From IMG/VR virus record IMGVR_UViG_3300032334_001544, positions 1 to 58,298 of that record: a stretch of 58,298 bases of DNA; one strand, given 5' to 3'. A model generated the notes under the pieces. The model was given only the letters and a program-made list of their open reading frames with translations, had not been told where the DNA came from and searched no databases. This DNA is from a virus. Its lineage: Duplodnaviria; Caudoviricetes. The translations under genes were made by a program, and so were the position numbers. Below are positions 55,380 to 58,298 of the stretch, one piece after another (within the stretch, counting starts at the first letter, position 1; the number at the start of each line of letters is the position of its first letter).

Positions 55380-55705
55380 GACTAACAGGCAGTTGCTCCC
55401 TGTGCATAAGAGCAACCAGTGACTGGTACTTGAGCCTCATGGCTGAATAGGTGGTTTCCAGCATTGCAGGAGAGATTGTCTCTCCACAGATACATCTGTG
55501 TGTATCTGTGAAGTGACATACAACCGCCCAGGGCGGACCAAGTTGTGGGTGGAGGTAACCCTCAGTGGAGCAGGCCACTCAGAAACATTCCTGCTGTGTT
55601 GGACCTGTTACAAGGTCTGGGTAAGGGCGATCAAAAGCCAGTGTGGCAGCGGTAGAGGGGGCTGGCCACATCAGATTTTTCACAGCCAAATCTCAGCTGT
55701 GATAT
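55380..55705 (+). ncRNA. putative large structured ncRNA, class unknown
   Basis: GC-rich stretch with no convincing ORF, many hairpins and a long-range helix, between the attenuator and tRNA-Asn. Confidence 0.5.
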
Positions 55706-55715
55706 ATAAGAATGA

Positions 55716-55791
55716 TTCCCGATAGCTCAGCTGGTAGAGCATCTGACTGTTAATCAGAGTGTCCCTGGTTCGAGCCCAGGTCGGGGAGCCA
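55716..55791 (+). tRNA. tRNA-Asn(GTT)
   Basis: Cloverleaf; TCTGA-CTGTTAA-TCAGA; GGTTCGA; CCA end. Confidence 0.95.
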
Positions 55792-55796
55792 AATTT

Positions 55797-55870
55797 ATCT
55801 CGTAAGTGTTACGGTAGCACATCAGTCTCCAAAACTGAGGGCGTAGGTTCGACTCCTACACGGGGTGCCA
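55797..55870 (+). tRNA. tRNA-Trp(CCA)
   Basis: TCAGT-CTCCAAA-ACTGA; GGTTCGA; CCA end. Confidence 0.9.
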
Positions 55871-55889
55871 GAATATAAGTAGCCATAAC

Positions 55890-56498
55890 ATGTCCATACC
55901 TAAGATATTGATACAAACCAGCCGTGATCCATTACCTGAATATGTGACCCATATGATCCAGGACAAGTTGCCTGCAGGTTGGCATTATCAACATTTCAAC
56001 CATGAACAACGGGAACAATGGCTACAGCTGAATGCCCATCAGTTATTTCCTGACATCATGTCAGTCTATCACAGATTACCCACAGGTGCTCACCAATCAG
56101 ACCTGTTCAGGTATTATTTCCTATATCTCACAGGGGGCATGTACCTGGATAGCGATGCCATGCTGGAACAGCATGCAGATCAGATCATTAGAGATGCAGA
56201 TCTGGTAGTAGTGGTAAACCAACATGGCAGCACATTTAACGGATTTATAGCTGCTGAACCTGGACATGCCATGTTGCTGGCAGCACTGACAGATGTGTAT
56301 CATACAGACCCAAATTATCTGAGACATGATTACCTGTTGTTCTGTCGCAACCTGTATAATATGATCAGCGTACACAGCACCAGCCGAACACGCATACTCA
56401 TGGAAGATCAGGTCACCGCTGAAGGTTGGGGTAGTTTCGCTGGAAGTGAATGCGTGGTGATGCATTACCCCAATACCAAGATAATTCCTCAAAGATAA
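55890..56498 (+). CDS. glycosyltransferase (GT32/DxD sugar-binding)
   Basis: IPK...QT, SDLFRY..LY..GG.YLDSD, NGF.A..P.H. Confidence 0.8.
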   Translation: MSIPKILIQTSRDPLPEYVTHMIQDKLPAGWHYQHFNHEQREQWLQLNAHQLFPDIMSVYHRLPTGAHQSDLFRYYFLYLTGGMYLDSDAMLEQHADQIIRDADLVVVVNQHGSTFNGFIAAEPGHAMLLAALTDVYHTDPNYLRHDYLLFCRNLYNMISVHSTSRTRILMEDQVTAEGWGSFAGSECVVMHYPNTKIIPQR

Positions 56499-56501
56499 TA
56501 C

Positions 56502-56577
56502 GGCCTTGTAGCTCAATCGGGAGAGTGCCAGCCTGTCACGCTGGAGGTAGCCGGATCGAAACCGGTCAAGGTCGCCA
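56502..56577 (+). tRNA. tRNA-Asp(GTC)
   Basis: CCAGC-CTGTCAC-GCTGG; T-loop ATCGAAA; CCA end. Confidence 0.9.
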
Positions 56578-56629
56578 ATTTTGTGGTTGACAATATGATG
56601 ACCTATGTTATATTCGTAATATGATGTTA

Positions 56630-56706
56630 GGCCACGTAGCTCAGCCGGATAGAGCACAGGTTTCCTAAACCTGGGGTCGCAGGTTCAAGTCCTGCCGTGG
56701 TCGCCA
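56630..56706 (+). tRNA. tRNA-Arg(CCT)
   Basis: CAGGT-TTCCTAA-ACCTG; GGTTCAA; CCA end; own TTGACA promoter at 56587. Confidence 0.9.
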
Positions 56707-56711
56707 ATATT

Positions 56712-56794
56712 GGGGCGGAAGTATCAAGGTGATACCGGGGACTGTAAATCCCCCGCTTAAAGCACGCCTGGTTCGATTCCAGGACGCCCCACCA
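56712..56794 (+). tRNA. tRNA-Tyr(GTA)
   Basis: GGGGA-CTGTAAA-TCCCC; long variable arm; GGTTCGA; ACCA end. Confidence 0.85.
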
Positions 56795-56797
56795 AGT

Positions 56798-56892
56798 TTG
56801 CGTCTAGTGTAATGGTAGCACAGGAAATCCGAGACGCCGAGAGGTGGAGTAGGTTTCAAAATGCCAAGAGCGGTTCGATTCCGCAGCGCAAA
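56798..56892 (+). ncRNA. tRNA-like RNA with replaced anticodon arm
   Basis: D-arm TAGTGTAATGGTAGCAC and T-arm GCGG-TTCGATT-CCGC present; extended central stem with GAGA tetraloop; no CCA. Confidence 0.5.
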
Positions 56893-56899
56893 AGAGTTT

Positions 56900-57006
56900 G
56901 ATGCGTTATCGAGCCTTAATGGGGTAATGGTGCCCTGCCTGTGAGGTGGCTCCCGGTACAGTGCCTCCAAAACACTGTGCAGGAAGGATTCGAGCGCCTA
57001 CGCATC
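56900..57006 (+). ncRNA. atypical tRNA-Trp-like RNA with enlarged D region
   Basis: GATGCGT/ACGCATC closing stem; ACAGTG-cCTCCAAAa-CACTGT arm; degenerate TTCGA loop. Confidence 0.45.
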
Positions 57007-57191
57007 TTAAGAGTTTGCAGTGAAAAGGCTGCGTCGGCTGCACTGACCCCTATGCCCTATGCTGGCCAGCGTCTACCGGGCGTGGTTAGGGACCATGTGC
57101 CACTGCAAAACAGAATAGAGAGATTGTAGGTGGACCTGTAAAAATTGCCGTTGGTGGTAATGTGACTGGGTTGTAACCTTCATTAATTTAC

Positions 57192-57266
57192 GAGGATATG
57201 GCCGAGTGCTTTAGGCAACGATCTGCAAAATCGTTTAGATTGGTTGAATTCCAATTATCCTCTCCA
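57192..57266 (+). tRNA. tRNA-Cys(GCA)
   Basis: ACGAT-CTGCAAA-ATCGT; GAGGATA/TATCCTC; TCCA end. Confidence 0.9.
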
Positions 57267-57440
57267 TATTCTTCTTGGAACTTTAGTATTCTTTTATAAA
57301 GTTCTTCCAAAGTGATAGATGAATTTTTATGTTTGTTCAAAACCAAAAAATAAATTCAATTCACTCCCAGACCTCCAAGAAATAAACGGTTGACAAGACC
57401 TGGAAAAATGTTAATATCATGATATAACAAGGAGATGACC

Positions 57441-57557
57441 ATGCGTAGCATATATGCCAAAGCTCTGGCTGATAAGCTGTTCAAACAGCGCATCGTCAGA
57501 TCCCGCAAAGGTAAGGGCAGCTATAAACGCCAGCCCAAGCATAAAGGAGAGAAATGA
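57441..57557 (+). CDS. arfA: alternative ribosome-rescue factor A-like, 38 aa (not in ORF track)
   Basis: AAGGAG RBS, TTGACA promoter at 57390; ALADKLFKQRIVRSRKGKGSYKRQPKH against E. coli [28 protein letters not shown]. Confidence 0.8.
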   Translation: MRSIYAKALADKLFKQRIVRSRKGKGSYKRQPKHKGEK

Positions 57558-57974
57558 ATGTTGGAATGTCTTATCTTGGGCGATAGCATCGCATCTGGTA
57601 TCCACCAGGTGAAACAAGGTTGCATCGGTATCACAGAGATCGGTGTCAATAGTGGTGATTTTCACCGAAAGTATCACAAGCGGCCGTTGATCACTGATAT
57701 AGATTATCGTTACGTGGTGATCAGTCTCACCACTAACGATCTTAATGTGCGTAATGCCAGGGAGAACTTGCATCTCATACGTAAAGCTGTGCGTACCGAA
57801 CGAGTGATCTGGATATTGCCAGGAGATAAGAAACCTGAAATGCGATCATTGGTCGAGGATGTGGCTAACTTTTATAATGATCACATCATGGATATCACAA
57901 ACCACGTGGGCGCAGATCGCATACACCCGCCCACCGTAAGAGCTTACGAAAACATCGCCAAGAAGATCAAGTGA
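57558..57974 (+). CDS. SGNH/GDSL hydrolase (paralog of 39120..39539)
   Basis: MLECLILGDSIA, SLTTND, DRIHP. Confidence 0.8.
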   Translation: MLECLILGDSIASGIHQVKQGCIGITEIGVNSGDFHRKYHKRPLITDIDYRYVVISLTTNDLNVRNARENLHLIRKAVRTERVIWILPGDKKPEMRSLVEDVANFYNDHIMDITNHVGADRIHPPTVRAYENIAKKIK

Positions 57975-58205
57975 TCAGGCAAACTTGCTGGCGATACTGA
58001 TGGCTGTGATCAGTGCAGCTTTGACTGCCATGTCATCAGCAACGTCATTCAATTTGTCAGTGGCGATCAGATCTTCCATGAGCTCTTTGGCTTCATCAGG
58101 AGATAGTGCACCTGAGTTGCGCTGTGCTTGTATATCTAATGCCATCTGGGCACGTTCTGATGCCCAGCTGTGATCGTTGTTTGCTAGTTCTTTCAATGTG
58201 GCCAT
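57975..58205 (-). CDS. hypothetical protein
   Basis: GGAG RBS; convergent with the SGNH gene. Confidence 0.6.
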   Translation of the reverse strand: MATLKELANNDHSWASERAQMALDIQAQRNSGALSPDEAKELMEDLIATDKLNDVADDMAVKAALITAISIASKFA

Positions 58206-58298
58206 CAGAATCTCCCCAATACGGCTTTGCTGGCAATCTTAGCTTGTTGTATCACAATGTTCTTCTTGAGCTTGCAATAACCCTCTGATGGGTTCTCA

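Noticed and set aside
55380-55705. RNase P RNA or tmRNA
   Set aside because: No GAGGAAAGTCC / AACAGAA P4 signature, and no tRNA-Ala-like ends or tag reading frame found
56121-57129. ORFs 56121..56657, 56665..56970 and 56941..57129
   Set aside because: They overlap tRNA or tRNA-like genes or lie antisense to the GT32 gene; likely spurious
1-58298. Stop-codon reassignment as in some jumbo phages
   Set aside because: Core genes are full length in the standard code, genes end in TAA, TGA and TAG, and no suppressor tRNA was seen

Overview
This window is part of a large lytic T4-related (jumbo-type) myophage genome. Usg, OlsB, PlcP/Agt and an Omp25/RopB-like porin suggest an alphaproteobacterial host (inference). 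From left to right: an AAA ATPase; a ~12 kb sugar-nucleotide/glycosyltransferase/methyltransferase island; UvsY, UvsX and gp32; a morphogenesis block (terminase, head completion nuclease, tail tube, a 1260-aa sheath, neck, dNMP kinase); and a divergent early region of small genes behind repeated sigma70-like promoters. After these come tail-fibre genes, a four-gene olsB-pstS-plcP-agt operon and a tRNA/ncRNA cluster. Strongest candidates for new biology: (1) a phosphate-starvation membrane-lipid-remodelling operon behind a well-positioned Pho box; (2) a 25-codon leader peptide using 18 of 20 amino acids, coupled to an antiterminator/terminator pair in front of a ~320-nt structured RNA and the tRNA array; (3) three small translation-factor-like genes missed by the ORF track (ArfA-, Rmf- and bL12-like); (4) a cassette-like array of paralogous small genes joined by a repeated TGAGGTGGTCATGA junction; (5) a 67-bp direct repeat that flanks an FkbM gene and contains a perfect antisense TTGACA-N17-TATAAT. 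All family assignments come from recognising motifs by eye; no database searches were run.
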